A stretch of 64,000 bases of DNA from an uncultured Actinomycetota bacterium (GTDB lineage: Bacteria > Actinomycetota > Acidimicrobiia > Spongiisociales > UBA5794): assembly GCA_963700375.1 (NCBI GenBank), contig CAVOXF010000007.1, positions 1,010 to 65,009 of the forward strand, in the 5' to 3' direction. The notes below the pieces were generated by a model that made no database searches, was not told where the DNA came from, and saw only the letters and a program-made list of their open reading frames with translations. Position numbers and translations under genes: made by a program. Within the stretch, counting starts at the first letter, position 1; each line of letters starts with the position of its first letter. Shown here piece by piece: positions 7,614 through 17,029 of this stretch.

Positions 7614-9545
7614 TCAGATCTTCGTCTCCTCGCCCTTCGTCCGGAACACCGTTCCGAGCGTCTCGAACAGGATCTTGACATCCACCTTCATCGAACGGAT
7701 CTCGACATACTCGTCGTCGAGAGCCGTCCGTTCTGCCATCGAGATCGAATCGCGACCGTGCACCTGGGCGTAGCCGGTGATACCGGGCTTGACCAGGAAC
7801 CTCGGATTGTCGAGCCCCACGAGATCCGCCTCCTCCGGCACGAGCGGGCGGGGCCCGACCAACGACATCGAGCCCTTGAGCACGTTCCAGAGGTTCGGGA
7901 GTTCATCGAGGGACCATCGGCGCAGGAAGCCTCCAACTCTGGTGATTCGCGGGTCGTCATCGATCCGAATCGTGTACTCGGCCTCGACCTGGCCGTATTG
8001 CTGTAACTGTTCGAGGTGCGCGTGGAAGACGGCGTCATCGTGGTCGAATGCCATCGTGCGCAGCTTCACCATCCAGAAGTCCACGCCGTCCCGACCGGTT
8101 CGGAGCTGCCGGAAGAGCGCTGGACCCCGGGAATCGACCTTGACGGCAATCGCAGCGATCAACAGCACCGGGGCGAGCAGCAGCATCGCAATGAGCGCCG
8201 CGGCAATATCGAGCGAGCGCTTTGCCACTGCGTATCCATGCGAGATCTCCCCTTCTTCCGGGTCGCGCATCAGCGCCCCGATCACCAGCGCCGCAAGGGC
8301 GAAGCTCTCGCCGACGACGAACGCGATCACCACGTGCAGCACCGGGTCGGAAATCGGAATGGCCAGGGCGATGACGGAGGCGGCGACGGCCGCAAACCAC
8401 GATACGGCCAGTCGGACGGCCCGGCCGCGGGCCACGAGGATCTGACCGATGAACAACCCCGCCGAGGCAAGAACCACGCCCGCGGAAGCAAGCGCAGCGA
8501 CGGTAGTGGTGGGACGGAACCCATCGCCGAAAGCGATGGCGACCATGGACGGACCGACGATGGCACCGATCCCGGCGCCCACGAACGCGAGCGCAACCCC
8601 GGCGATTCCCATACCTCGCGCCCATGACCGCAACTCTCGGCGCTCGCCCCGAGCGGCCATCTCCGTGAACGGCGGAAGGACCCTGGCAATGAGGTTGTAG
8701 CCGAGCGTCAGCGGGGCCCTGGCGAGCACGAGCGTGGCGTAGGTGATCGAGAACTGGGAAGCCGTGGCACCAAGGGCGCCGGCGACCAGCGGCCCCGCGA
8801 GGAGCAAGGCCTGCGACGCTGCGGACGAGAGGACGAGTCCGAACAACAGGCCCTGCTCGCCGACGTGCTCGGCGTGTTCATCGACGAGCTCGCCGCGCGA
8901 GCCGGTTCTCCGTTGCTCGGGTGTGCGGAACGGGCGCCAGAAGAAGATCACCAGGGGTCCGAGAACTTGAGCCCAGGCAAAACCGGTCACCGTCGGCCCA
9001 ACGATCACCACGATCACGGCGATGACGAGGCGCAGTACCGACGCGGCGCCGCTCGCATATCCGTACGACCGGAATCGGCGATTCCCAGCGAGGTAGCCGC
9101 GACCGACGGCGAAGAAGAAGTGGAATGCAACCGTCGCGATGACGAACCATACGAACGAGGACTCACCGTCGAAGTAGGTGTCGGCGGTTGACCACACGAC
9201 GGCCGCGGCGACGGCGCCGGTCGAGACCGTCAGAGCGATGGCGCGGATCGGTACGACCCAGCCTCGATAGCCGAGCGTGATCCTTCGGATCACGAACTGC
9301 TCGATCGGCAGCAGGATGATCACGAACGCGAGGAAGTGCGCTGTGAGAAGAGCTGCGATCGGAGCGAACGCCTCCTCCCCGAGGCTCCGGCCACCGAGGA
9401 ACTGATACGCGTAGGCGCCGACGCCCGCGACGAGGCTGCCCAGGACGATGTCGAGCGTGCCGTCGCTCCGCATGTAGGCGTACCTCGTGCGGTGCGAATG
9501 CGCAGGCAGATCGGAGGATTGGTCGTCTCGCGGGGTGTCGTTCAC
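7614..9545 (-). CDS. Fusion of a polysaccharide-flippase-like membrane domain and a monotopic phosphoglycosyl (sugar) transferase
   Basis: About 430 aa with many TM helices, followed by KRSLD..FRQLRTG..KLRTM..DDPRITRVGGFLRRWSLDELP..GSMSLVGPRP. Confidence 0.82.
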   Translation of the reverse strand: MNDTPRDDQSSDLPAHSHRTRYAYMRSDGTLDIVLGSLVAGVGAYAYQFLGGRSLGEEAFAPIAALLTAHFLAFVIILLPIEQFVIRRITLGYRGWVVPIRAIALTVSTGAVAAAVVWSTADTYFDGESSFVWFVIATVAFHFFFAVGRGYLAGNRRFRSYGYASGAASVLRLVIAVIVVIVGPTVTGFAWAQVLGPLVIFFWRPFRTPEQRRTGSRGELVDEHAEHVGEQGLLFGLVLSSAASQALLLAGPLVAGALGATASQFSITYATLVLARAPLTLGYNLIARVLPPFTEMAARGERRELRSWARGMGIAGVALAFVGAGIGAIVGPSMVAIAFGDGFRPTTTVAALASAGVVLASAGLFIGQILVARGRAVRLAVSWFAAVAASVIALAIPISDPVLHVVIAFVVGESFALAALVIGALMRDPEEGEISHGYAVAKRSLDIAAALIAMLLLAPVLLIAAIAVKVDSRGPALFRQLRTGRDGVDFWMVKLRTMAFDHDDAVFHAHLEQLQQYGQVEAEYTIRIDDDPRITRVGGFLRRWSLDELPNLWNVLKGSMSLVGPRPLVPEEADLVGLDNPRFLVKPGITGYAQVHGRDSISMAERTALDDEYVEIRSMKVDVKILFETLGTVFRTKGEETKI

Positions 9546-9653
9546 TGATGAGCTTCGTGATTGTCGGCGGGTTCCCGGCAGGTTACTCCGGTACCCCGGG
9601 TCCCGACGCGATCGTTGCCACGACTACCGGAACGCGATTCCTACTATGCGCGG

Positions 9654-11102
9654 ATGACGAGCAGGTCATCCAAACAACGTTCGTCCAATCCGCTCGTCGC
9701 GGCTGCGGCGTCGGCCTTGGTTCCCGGTCTCGGTCAATTGCTGGCAGGCGACCGGAAGAAGGCACGAAACCTCTTCATCATCGATGTTGCCGTGCTCGCC
9801 GTTCTGCTCTTCTTCTTCCATGACAAGGTCTCCATCCTCACGGCATTCGTGAAGCCGACGTCGATGGTGCTTCTGATGATCGTCAACATCGCCCTGCTCG
9901 GGTACCGGGTCTGGGCCGCCGACGACGCCTACCGCTCAGCGTCGACCACGGGGCCGTCGGTCAGCCGCGTCGCCGGACTCACCGCATTGATCGCCCTCGG
10001 TGCATTCCTGCTGATGCCCCATGTGGTGTTCGGCTACTACGACCTCGTCCAGTACAGCCTGATCACGACCGTCTTCGATGGTGGCGAGGCATCGGCGTCC
10101 ACCACGACAACCACCGGCAACACGCCCGCCACCGGGAATACCGACGCCTCTGGTTCCACCACATCCTCGACGACCACAACGGTCGTCGAGGAGACACCGT
10201 GGGAGGACCTCGACCGCCTGAACATCCTGCTGCTCGGCGGCGACTTCGGCGTCGGACGGACGGGGATCCGCACCGACACGATGATCACCGTGAGCATCGA
10301 TCCCAAGACCGGCGAAGCGGCCATGTTCCAGGTGCCCCGCAACTGGACCTACGCCCCTCTCCCGGAAGGCCATGGGATCTGGGACTGCAACTGCTACCCC
10401 GAACTGATCAACGAACTCTGGATCCAGGGCGAACAGCATCCAGAAGCCTTCCCAGGCCCGGGTGATCCGCCGGAGAACGCCGTGAAGGGTGTGATCTCGG
10501 AGTTCCTCGGCATCCCAATCCACTATTACGCTCTCGTGAACCTCGATGGGTTCGTGGACATCATCGACGCCATCGGCGGTGTCGACATCTATGTGCCCGA
10601 GAAGATCGTCGACGACGAGTATCCCCTCCTCGACGGCACGCTCACACGCCTCGTCATCGAGCAGGGCGAGCAGCACATGAACGGCGTCGAGGCCCTCGCC
10701 TATGCCAGAACCCGACACGCCGACAGCGACTACTTCCGCATGTCGCGGCAGCGGTGCGTGCTCGAGGCCGCCATGGAACAGACCGATCCGACATCGCTGC
10801 TCCTGAACTTCGGTAAGTTCGCCGAGGTCATCAAGGAAACGACGACCACCGATATCCCGATCGATCTCCTCCCGAAGCTCGTCGAGTTGCTGCCCTCGGT
10901 GGACATGGAAGCGGTTGTCTCCGTCCGGTTCATTCCTCCCGAGTACCACCTCAAGTATCGGGACGACGGGAAGCCGGGGCGAATCGCCAACATCGACCTC
11001 GTCCACGAGCACGTTCAGCTCGTGATCGACGATCCGGAGTTGGCGAAGGTCCAGCTCAACCTTCAGGATTCCGAGGACTGCCCAACGGCACCGATCGGCT
11101 GA
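9654..11102 (+). CDS. LCP (LytR-CpsA-Psr) family protein with a multi-TM N-terminus
   Basis: NILLLGGD, RTDTM, VPRN, YYALVNLDGFVDIIDAIGGV, ALAYARTR, SDYFRMSRQR. Confidence 0.92.
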   Translation: MTSRSSKQRSSNPLVAAAASALVPGLGQLLAGDRKKARNLFIIDVAVLAVLLFFFHDKVSILTAFVKPTSMVLLMIVNIALLGYRVWAADDAYRSASTTGPSVSRVAGLTALIALGAFLLMPHVVFGYYDLVQYSLITTVFDGGEASASTTTTTGNTPATGNTDASGSTTSSTTTTVVEETPWEDLDRLNILLLGGDFGVGRTGIRTDTMITVSIDPKTGEAAMFQVPRNWTYAPLPEGHGIWDCNCYPELINELWIQGEQHPEAFPGPGDPPENAVKGVISEFLGIPIHYYALVNLDGFVDIIDAIGGVDIYVPEKIVDDEYPLLDGTLTRLVIEQGEQHMNGVEALAYARTRHADSDYFRMSRQRCVLEAAMEQTDPTSLLLNFGKFAEVIKETTTTDIPIDLLPKLVELLPSVDMEAVVSVRFIPPEYHLKYRDDGKPGRIANIDLVHEHVQLVIDDPELAKVQLNLQDSEDCPTAPIG

Positions 11103-11474
11103 TCAGGTCTGCCGCGAGTCCTTGCGGTGGTAGTGCGTGCCTTCGAGGTCCGATTCGGATCGCCACTCGCCGAAAATGATCGCCGGAGCGCGTACCGGCG
11201 CAACGGGTTCCGGTACTTCATCGAGCTCGTCGAGATCGATGGACAATTCCGGCTCCACGTGAGCGTTCAGAGATCGCCGCTCGTACTTGGACGGCCCACG
11301 CATGACCACCGTCACCTCGTCGACGTCGATCTCGACCTCTTCATCCGTCACCACACTGGGCTTCGGCGGCGGTGGCACGACGGCGTGGCGGCCCTTGATC
11401 CGAGCGTTGTTGAAGCCGGTCGTATACGAGCGTGAAGTCGTGGGACCGGGGTTGAACTTCTTCGGTGCGGGCAT
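11103..11474 (-). CDS. Hypothetical protein
   Basis: 123-aa low-complexity ORF with an SD-like AGAGGG upstream. Confidence 0.45.
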   Translation of the reverse strand: MPAPKKFNPGPTTSRSYTTGFNNARIKGRHAVVPPPPKPSVVTDEEVEIDVDEVTVVMRGPSKYERRSLNAHVEPELSIDLDELDEVPEPVAPVRAPAIIFGEWRSESDLEGTHYHRKDSRQT

Positions 11475-11531
11475 ACGTGTCCCTCTGGACGCTTGAAACA
11501 GCGTACCCCTGCAACTCAGCGCGGGAAAGGG

Positions 11532-11744
11532 CTATACCGATGAATGGTCATCTGTCTGGCTCGGTGTCCGATTCGACGCGATCGCCGAGATTGCCAGCCC
11601 TGCGCCCAGCAACAGCACGGCTCCAGGGACGATCCATTGCCCAACACCGCTGGGAATCCAATCGCGGGACGGCGCGAGGAACGCCATGCCCACGAAGAGC
11701 AGTCCGAACACGAACGAGATGGCATCGAATCGGTGACGGTACAT
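11532..11744 (-). CDS. Small two-TM protein of the PspC module
   Basis: MYRHRFDAISFVFGLLF..; follows the PspC gene after a 3-bp gap. Confidence 0.8.
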   Translation of the reverse strand: MYRHRFDAISFVFGLLFVGMAFLAPSRDWIPSGVGQWIVPGAVLLLGAGLAISAIASNRTPSQTDDHSSV

Positions 11745-11747
11745 GTG

Positions 11748-13037
11748 CTATCCCTCCCAGAGGGGTTCAGGGACGTTCTCGAGGGGAACGTCGACGATAA
11801 CCGATCCGAAATCGGCCCTCGCATCAATGGTGAAGATCGCCGCGGGTTCGTCTACGCGGATCTCGACGGTGTTCGACACGCCGATTCCGGCGCTCTGGTC
11901 TCCCAGGATCTCGACGGATCCGATTCCGGCCGACCCGGTCACGGTCGCTCGAGCGTCTTGTGGGAGCCAGATCCGCAGCTCCCCGGCACTCACGCGGGCG
12001 TCGAGCGAGATGGGGTAGCCGTCGGATGGCGGCTCGAACCACCGGAAATCGAGTTCAAGGACTCCAGCGGCATGGTCGTACTGGAAGCTGACCGCCTCGA
12101 GATCGTCAATGGTGTGCACCTGCACGTACCGATCACCGGCCTCGCCGCTGAACGACCACTCGGAGACGAAGCTGGCGAGGAACAGGAACGGTGCGAGTAC
12201 GAGACCGATGAAGATCAGCCACCGGGCCCTCCCGAAGAGCGTCCCGACGAGCAACCCTCCTCCGATCACACCGACGGCTGTCGCGAGATAGTGGACCGGG
12301 TCCGGATAGAGAACGTCGGCCGCGTCGAGAAGGGCGAGGCCGCCCAGCACGATCAGGAGCGCAGCGAGCGTCAACCGGCCGAGGATCGACTTCGGTCTCG
12401 GCGGCCGCGGTCGTGGCGCAGCGGCGGCCGCAACGGGGGCCGTCGTCGCAGCGGCGGCCGCAACCGGGGCGACCTCGTCGATCTCATATTCCGCCGCTTC
12501 GACCGACTCCGTTTCGTCCGCGTCGTCGTCATCGGCGGGTGCATTCCTGTCGTCGGTATCCGCGTCGTCGTCATCGGCCCCCGGCCCGGAATCGTCGTCT
12601 GACGGTTCCGCCGGGTCGGTGGGGGCCTTCGAACCGGTGAGATCCCCTCGGTAGAGCAACACGCCGATCACGAGCAGCACGCCTGCCACCACAAACTTGC
12701 CGGAGATCAGATGGAACGAAGACACGAGGATGACCGCGGCCATGCCGATCAGCACGACGCCGATGACCATCGAAGTATTCGAACCATCGAATCCGTCGAC
12801 CCACCCCTCGGCAATCGACCGGTCGCTTCCCTCATCGGGGATGAGTATCCATCCGAGACCGTAGAGAAGGAAGCCGACCCCGCCGAACAGGGCCAGCAGG
12901 ACGAACGCGACACGGAACCAGGCCGGGTTGACGGAGAACCGCCGGCCGAGGCCCGCGGCCACCCCGGCGAACGCACGGTCGTCGTACGGCCGACCGAGTG
13001 GTGGGCGCTGCAGGTGAGGTTGGGTTGATGTGCTCAT
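11748..13037 (-). CDS. PspC-domain membrane protein with a C-terminal LiaF/DUF2154-like domain
   Basis: DRAFAGVAAGLGRRF..WFRVAFVLL..YGLGWILIP; C-terminal G.LELD/GELRIWLP beta repeats. Confidence 0.88.
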   Translation of the reverse strand: MSTSTQPHLQRPPLGRPYDDRAFAGVAAGLGRRFSVNPAWFRVAFVLLALFGGVGFLLYGLGWILIPDEGSDRSIAEGWVDGFDGSNTSMVIGVVLIGMAAVILVSSFHLISGKFVVAGVLLVIGVLLYRGDLTGSKAPTDPAEPSDDDSGPGADDDDADTDDRNAPADDDDADETESVEAAEYEIDEVAPVAAAAATTAPVAAAAAPRPRPPRPKSILGRLTLAALLIVLGGLALLDAADVLYPDPVHYLATAVGVIGGGLLVGTLFGRARWLIFIGLVLAPFLFLASFVSEWSFSGEAGDRYVQVHTIDDLEAVSFQYDHAAGVLELDFRWFEPPSDGYPISLDARVSAGELRIWLPQDARATVTGSAGIGSVEILGDQSAGIGVSNTVEIRVDEPAAIFTIDARADFGSVIVDVPLENVPEPLWEG

Positions 13038-13072
13038 GGGGTCATGATGCGCTACCCGGCCCGAGAGCGCTA

Positions 13073-13130
13073 TTGGGGATGTTCCTGGTCGAACCCTGAG
13101 GGGTCAGGGTGATCTCAGGGTCGTCACGGG
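13073..13130. promoter_or_regulatory. Repeated TCAGGGT boxes in the divergent PspC promoter region
   Basis: ACCCTGA (13093), TCAGGGT (13104, 13115) and TCACGGG (13124); consistent with NarL-type regulator boxes. Confidence 0.55.
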
Positions 13131-13168
13131 TTGTCGCCCGACCGGGCCTGTGACAACATCACTATCGC

Positions 13169-14395
13169 ATGGACACCACCGCCGAACCCAATCACCACGA
13201 GCACCCGGATCGGATCCAGATCCTGAGCGGCCGCCTGACGCGGTCGAACGATGACCGCGTCATCGCCGGGCTCTCGGCGGGGATTGCCTCCCGGCTCGGT
13301 ATTCCAGCGGTCTATGTGCGGGCCGCGTTCGTCTCGCTGACGCTCGCTGGGGGCTTCGGGGTTCTCTGCTACCTCGCCGGGTGGATCGTCACGCCGGATG
13401 AGAGGCGGTACGGGTCGATGATCGAAGCCGACCACCCGGCAACAACCGGGCAGCACGTCGGCCTCGCTCTCGGGTTCCTCGCTGTGCTGATTGCCCTCGA
13501 GGCCTTCGGCCTGTGGTTCGGTCCCATCGTCTGGCCCGCCACCCTCGTCATCTTCGGAGCCGCGCTCATCTGGGATCGTTCCAGCGCCGAGTCCAGGAAA
13601 CGCCTCACACGCCTCACCCGACCATCTGAGAACGGAGCCGGCAGAAGCAAGACCCAGATCTTCGCCGGAGCGGCTCTGATGGCGGTCGGCATCGTCGTCG
13701 TGCTGGCCTCGCTCGACTCCATCCAGTCGCTCGGACCAGCCGCAATCGCCGTACTGCTGACCGCCGCGGGATCCATGCTCCTCTTCGGGCCGTGGATCTG
13801 GGGGCTCTTCGAGGAGCTGTCAGACGAGCGCAGGGCGAGGATCCGGGAGCAGGAACGCGCCGACATGGCCGCCCACCTCCACGATTCCGTGCTTCAGACC
13901 CTCGCGATGATCCAGCGCAGCGACGATCCCCAACGCATGATCACGCTTGCACGAGCGCAGGAACGCGACCTACGCACCTGGCTCTTCGACCCGGCCGGTG
14001 CGGCATCGACCGGCACCGTCGGCGAGGCGATCACCGGGGCCGCGGCCAAAGTGGAAGCCGACTTCGATTTGCCGGTTGAGGTTGTCGTCGTGGGAGATCG
14101 AGCGCTCGACGATGCGGCACATCCGCTCGTTGCGGCGGCATCCGAGGCGATGGCCAATGCCGCCGAGCACTCCGGCGCTCGGTCCATATCCGTCTACGTC
14201 GAGTGCACCGACGTGACCGTCGACGCGTGGATCACCGACCAGGGCGTCGGTTTCGACCCGGATGCCGTTCCCGACGATCGAAGAGGCATCTCCGAGTCGA
14301 TCATCGCCCGCATGGCGCGGTCCGGAGGCGAGGCGGTCCTTGTTTCCACACCGGGCGAAGGCAGCGAAGTCCATCTACGATCGGGGCCCCGATGA
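13169..14395 (+). CDS. PspC-domain sensor histidine kinase
   Basis: N-terminal PspC, AAHLHDSVLQ H-box, EAMANAAEH N-box, DQGVGF G1. Confidence 0.93.
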   Translation: MDTTAEPNHHEHPDRIQILSGRLTRSNDDRVIAGLSAGIASRLGIPAVYVRAAFVSLTLAGGFGVLCYLAGWIVTPDERRYGSMIEADHPATTGQHVGLALGFLAVLIALEAFGLWFGPIVWPATLVIFGAALIWDRSSAESRKRLTRLTRPSENGAGRSKTQIFAGAALMAVGIVVVLASLDSIQSLGPAAIAVLLTAAGSMLLFGPWIWGLFEELSDERRARIREQERADMAAHLHDSVLQTLAMIQRSDDPQRMITLARAQERDLRTWLFDPAGAASTGTVGEAITGAAAKVEADFDLPVEVVVVGDRALDDAAHPLVAAASEAMANAAEHSGARSISVYVECTDVTVDAWITDQGVGFDPDAVPDDRRGISESIIARMARSGGEAVLVSTPGEGSEVHLRSGPR

Positions 14396-15024
14396 CCACC
14401 ATCTATCTCGTTGATGACCATGAACTCTTCCTGAGCGGCGTGCGCGCTGAACTCTCCGAGCGATTCGACGTCGCGGGCTGGTCCACCGACGTCGACGCCG
14501 CGGTGGATGGGATCCGGACGAGCCGGCCGGATGTCGTCCTCATCGATGTCCACATGCCGGGCGGCGGCGGTCTGTCCGTGGTCGGCAACGTCCACGAGAC
14601 GAACCCTGACATCCGCTTTCTCGCACTCTCGGTCTCAGACGCTCCCGAGGACGTCATTGCGATGATCCGGGCAGGGGCTCGCGGCTACGTGACCAAGTCC
14701 ATCGATCCGGACGCCCTCGCAGACGCGATCGAGCGCATCGCGGCCGGCGACGCCGTGTTCTCACCGAAGCTTGCGGGATTCGTCCTCGACGCGTTCTCCG
14801 ACACGGTCCCCGTCGAGGCTGATCCTGAACTGGATCAGTTGACGCCCAGGGAGCGGGAGGTCCTCCGTCAGATCGCCCGCGGCTACGCGTACAAGCAGGT
14901 CGCGACGCGGCTCTCGATCTCGGTGAAGACCGTCGAAACGCACGTCTCGGCCGTGTTGCGCAAGCTCCAGTTGTCGAACCGCCACGAACTGGCGAGATGG
15001 GCCTCCGAACGTCGAATCGTGTGA
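14392..15024 (+). CDS. NarL/LuxR-family response regulator
   Basis: VDDH, DVHMP, GYVTK, LTPREREVL..HTH. Confidence 0.95.
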   Translation: MTTIYLVDDHELFLSGVRAELSERFDVAGWSTDVDAAVDGIRTSRPDVVLIDVHMPGGGGLSVVGNVHETNPDIRFLALSVSDAPEDVIAMIRAGARGYVTKSIDPDALADAIERIAAGDAVFSPKLAGFVLDAFSDTVPVEADPELDQLTPREREVLRQIARGYAYKQVATRLSISVKTVETHVSAVLRKLQLSNRHELARWASERRIV

Positions 15025-15175
15025 ATTGGGTAGGGTTCGCACGATGCACCTGTTGCGACCCGTCGTGTTGAACAGCGCCGTAGCCCGGTCCGCGGTTGTT
15101 TCATCAATTCTTGGCCACGGTGCACCACACTAGGAGCCACTGATCGTCCCCTCCTCCAGCGCAAAGGCACCCCAG

Positions 15176-17029
15176 ATGAAGAATCCACTCCGACCCCTCG
15201 CCGCATTCTTCGGGAAGCCGCACGTCCAGACCGGGCTCGCGCTCGGGGCAGCCGCGGCGATCGAATCGAACCAACCTTCGCTCATGGACCGACCGAAGAC
15301 GGACCAAGCGCTCGTCGTCGCCGGGTCATTCGCGTCCGGCTACATCGCAGGGAGCGGATACTCCCAGGTCATCCAGCGCGTCCCGCTCGCAGCACCGGTC
15401 GTCACCGACGCCGTCGCTGGAATCACTTCCGCAGCGTTCGCGGTGCTTGCCGGGCCGCGGCTGCGGACATCACGGCTCGGTTCACTTGCCGTCACAGCTG
15501 CTCAGACGCGTTCATACGCCTCCGCTGCCGCGCTCACGATGGAACTCGTGCGCCGTTCGGTAGGGGCGGCATCATCACGCGGCCCGATCGCGCGAGCCGG
15601 TGCGTTGATCGGAACGGCAGCCGCCGCCGATGCCGTATCCCTCACCTATCTCACGAATCGTCTCGGACGGTACGAGGCGGATGGCCAGAGGCCTCCTACA
15701 ACCGCGGATGTGGCCTGGACCCTTTCGGTCGGAACCGGAGTTGCGGTCGGAGCCGGTGCAGTCGTGATGGCAGAGCGCAAGGCCGCCGAGGCGTCGGCGT
15801 CGCTGCTCAGCCGCAGGGCCGGCGGTCCAGCCACCGCCTGGCTGCCGCTCACCCACGCCCTGATCGGAGGAAGCCTCATCTACGGCGTACGAACCGGATT
15901 CGGTCGCTTCCTTGGGAAGATCGCGGCATCGAACAGCCGGACCGAGGTCCGCTATGCAGAACCCCCTACGGCAGAGACGGTTAGCGGAAGCCCCGATAGC
16001 GTGGTTGCCTTCGAAGATCTCGGCCTGCAGGGACGGCGGTTCGTGATCGAGGCTTCGAACGGCGAACAGATCAACGACGTTATGGGCGAGAGCGGTTCGA
16101 TGGACGCCATACGGGTGTACGTCGGCGTTGCATCGGCTGCCACCGTAGAGGAACGGGTGGCGCTTGCGATCGAGGAGCTCCTCAGGACCGGTGCATTCGA
16201 CCGTGCGCTCCTCATCGTTGGTTCACCGGCCGGCACGGGTTACTTCAACTACATCCCGGTGGAGGCCGCCGAATACCTGGCACGGGGAGATGTTGCCTCG
16301 GTGGCCATCCAGTACGGTTCGCTGCCTTCGATGCTCTCAGTCCGGAAGATACCCCTCGCCATCGAGCAGCACGGCGCCCTTCTGCGGGCCATCAACGACG
16401 TGCTCGCCCAGCGCGAACCCGGCCATCGACCAAGAGTGGTTCTCTACGGCGAGAGCCTCGGGGCCCAGACCAGCCAGGGTGCGTTCATTGGAGGAGGAAC
16501 GGCCGTCCTCGACGACCTTCGGATCGACCGGGCGTTGTGGGCCGGCACCCCCTATGCCGGGAAGTGGCGGAAGGAACTTCTGGCGGGTGGGTCAAACATC
16601 GACGACACACTGTTCGGGACCTTTGCGTCGATCGACGAATATCGAGAGCTCCCCATCGGCGTGCGCGAATCGATTCGATTCTTCTTCCTCAACCATCACG
16701 AAGACCCCGTCACCCGGTTCGGCCTCGACGTCGCCTACCAGGAGCCGACGTGGCTCGGACCCCCCGATCAGCGCCCACCGAACGTCTCGCTCACCCAAAG
16801 GTGGGTGCCCGCCGTCACGTTCTGGCAGACGGCGATCGACACCAAGAACGCGGCGACGGTCATCCCGGGGGCCTTCAACGCCCTCGGCCACGACTATCGG
16901 GCCGACCTCGCACAATTCGTGAGCACGGCCTATGTCCTCACGGACGTCACCGACGAGCAGATGGCGAGCATCGAAAATCGCTTGAGAGAGTCCGAGATCG
17001 AACGAGCAGCCCGGATCGCCGAGGGCTAG
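15176..17029 (+). CDS. Membrane alpha/beta hydrolase (Abhydrolase_9-like)
   Basis: LGLQGRRFV, IRVYVG, PAGTG, QYGSLPS, YGESLG nucleophile elbow, DPV, GHDY. Confidence 0.88.
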   Translation: MKNPLRPLAAFFGKPHVQTGLALGAAAAIESNQPSLMDRPKTDQALVVAGSFASGYIAGSGYSQVIQRVPLAAPVVTDAVAGITSAAFAVLAGPRLRTSRLGSLAVTAAQTRSYASAAALTMELVRRSVGAASSRGPIARAGALIGTAAAADAVSLTYLTNRLGRYEADGQRPPTTADVAWTLSVGTGVAVGAGAVVMAERKAAEASASLLSRRAGGPATAWLPLTHALIGGSLIYGVRTGFGRFLGKIAASNSRTEVRYAEPPTAETVSGSPDSVVAFEDLGLQGRRFVIEASNGEQINDVMGESGSMDAIRVYVGVASAATVEERVALAIEELLRTGAFDRALLIVGSPAGTGYFNYIPVEAAEYLARGDVASVAIQYGSLPSMLSVRKIPLAIEQHGALLRAINDVLAQREPGHRPRVVLYGESLGAQTSQGAFIGGGTAVLDDLRIDRALWAGTPYAGKWRKELLAGGSNIDDTLFGTFASIDEYRELPIGVRESIRFFFLNHHEDPVTRFGLDVAYQEPTWLGPPDQRPPNVSLTQRWVPAVTFWQTAIDTKNAATVIPGAFNALGHDYRADLAQFVSTAYVLTDVTDEQMASIENRLRESEIERAARIAEG

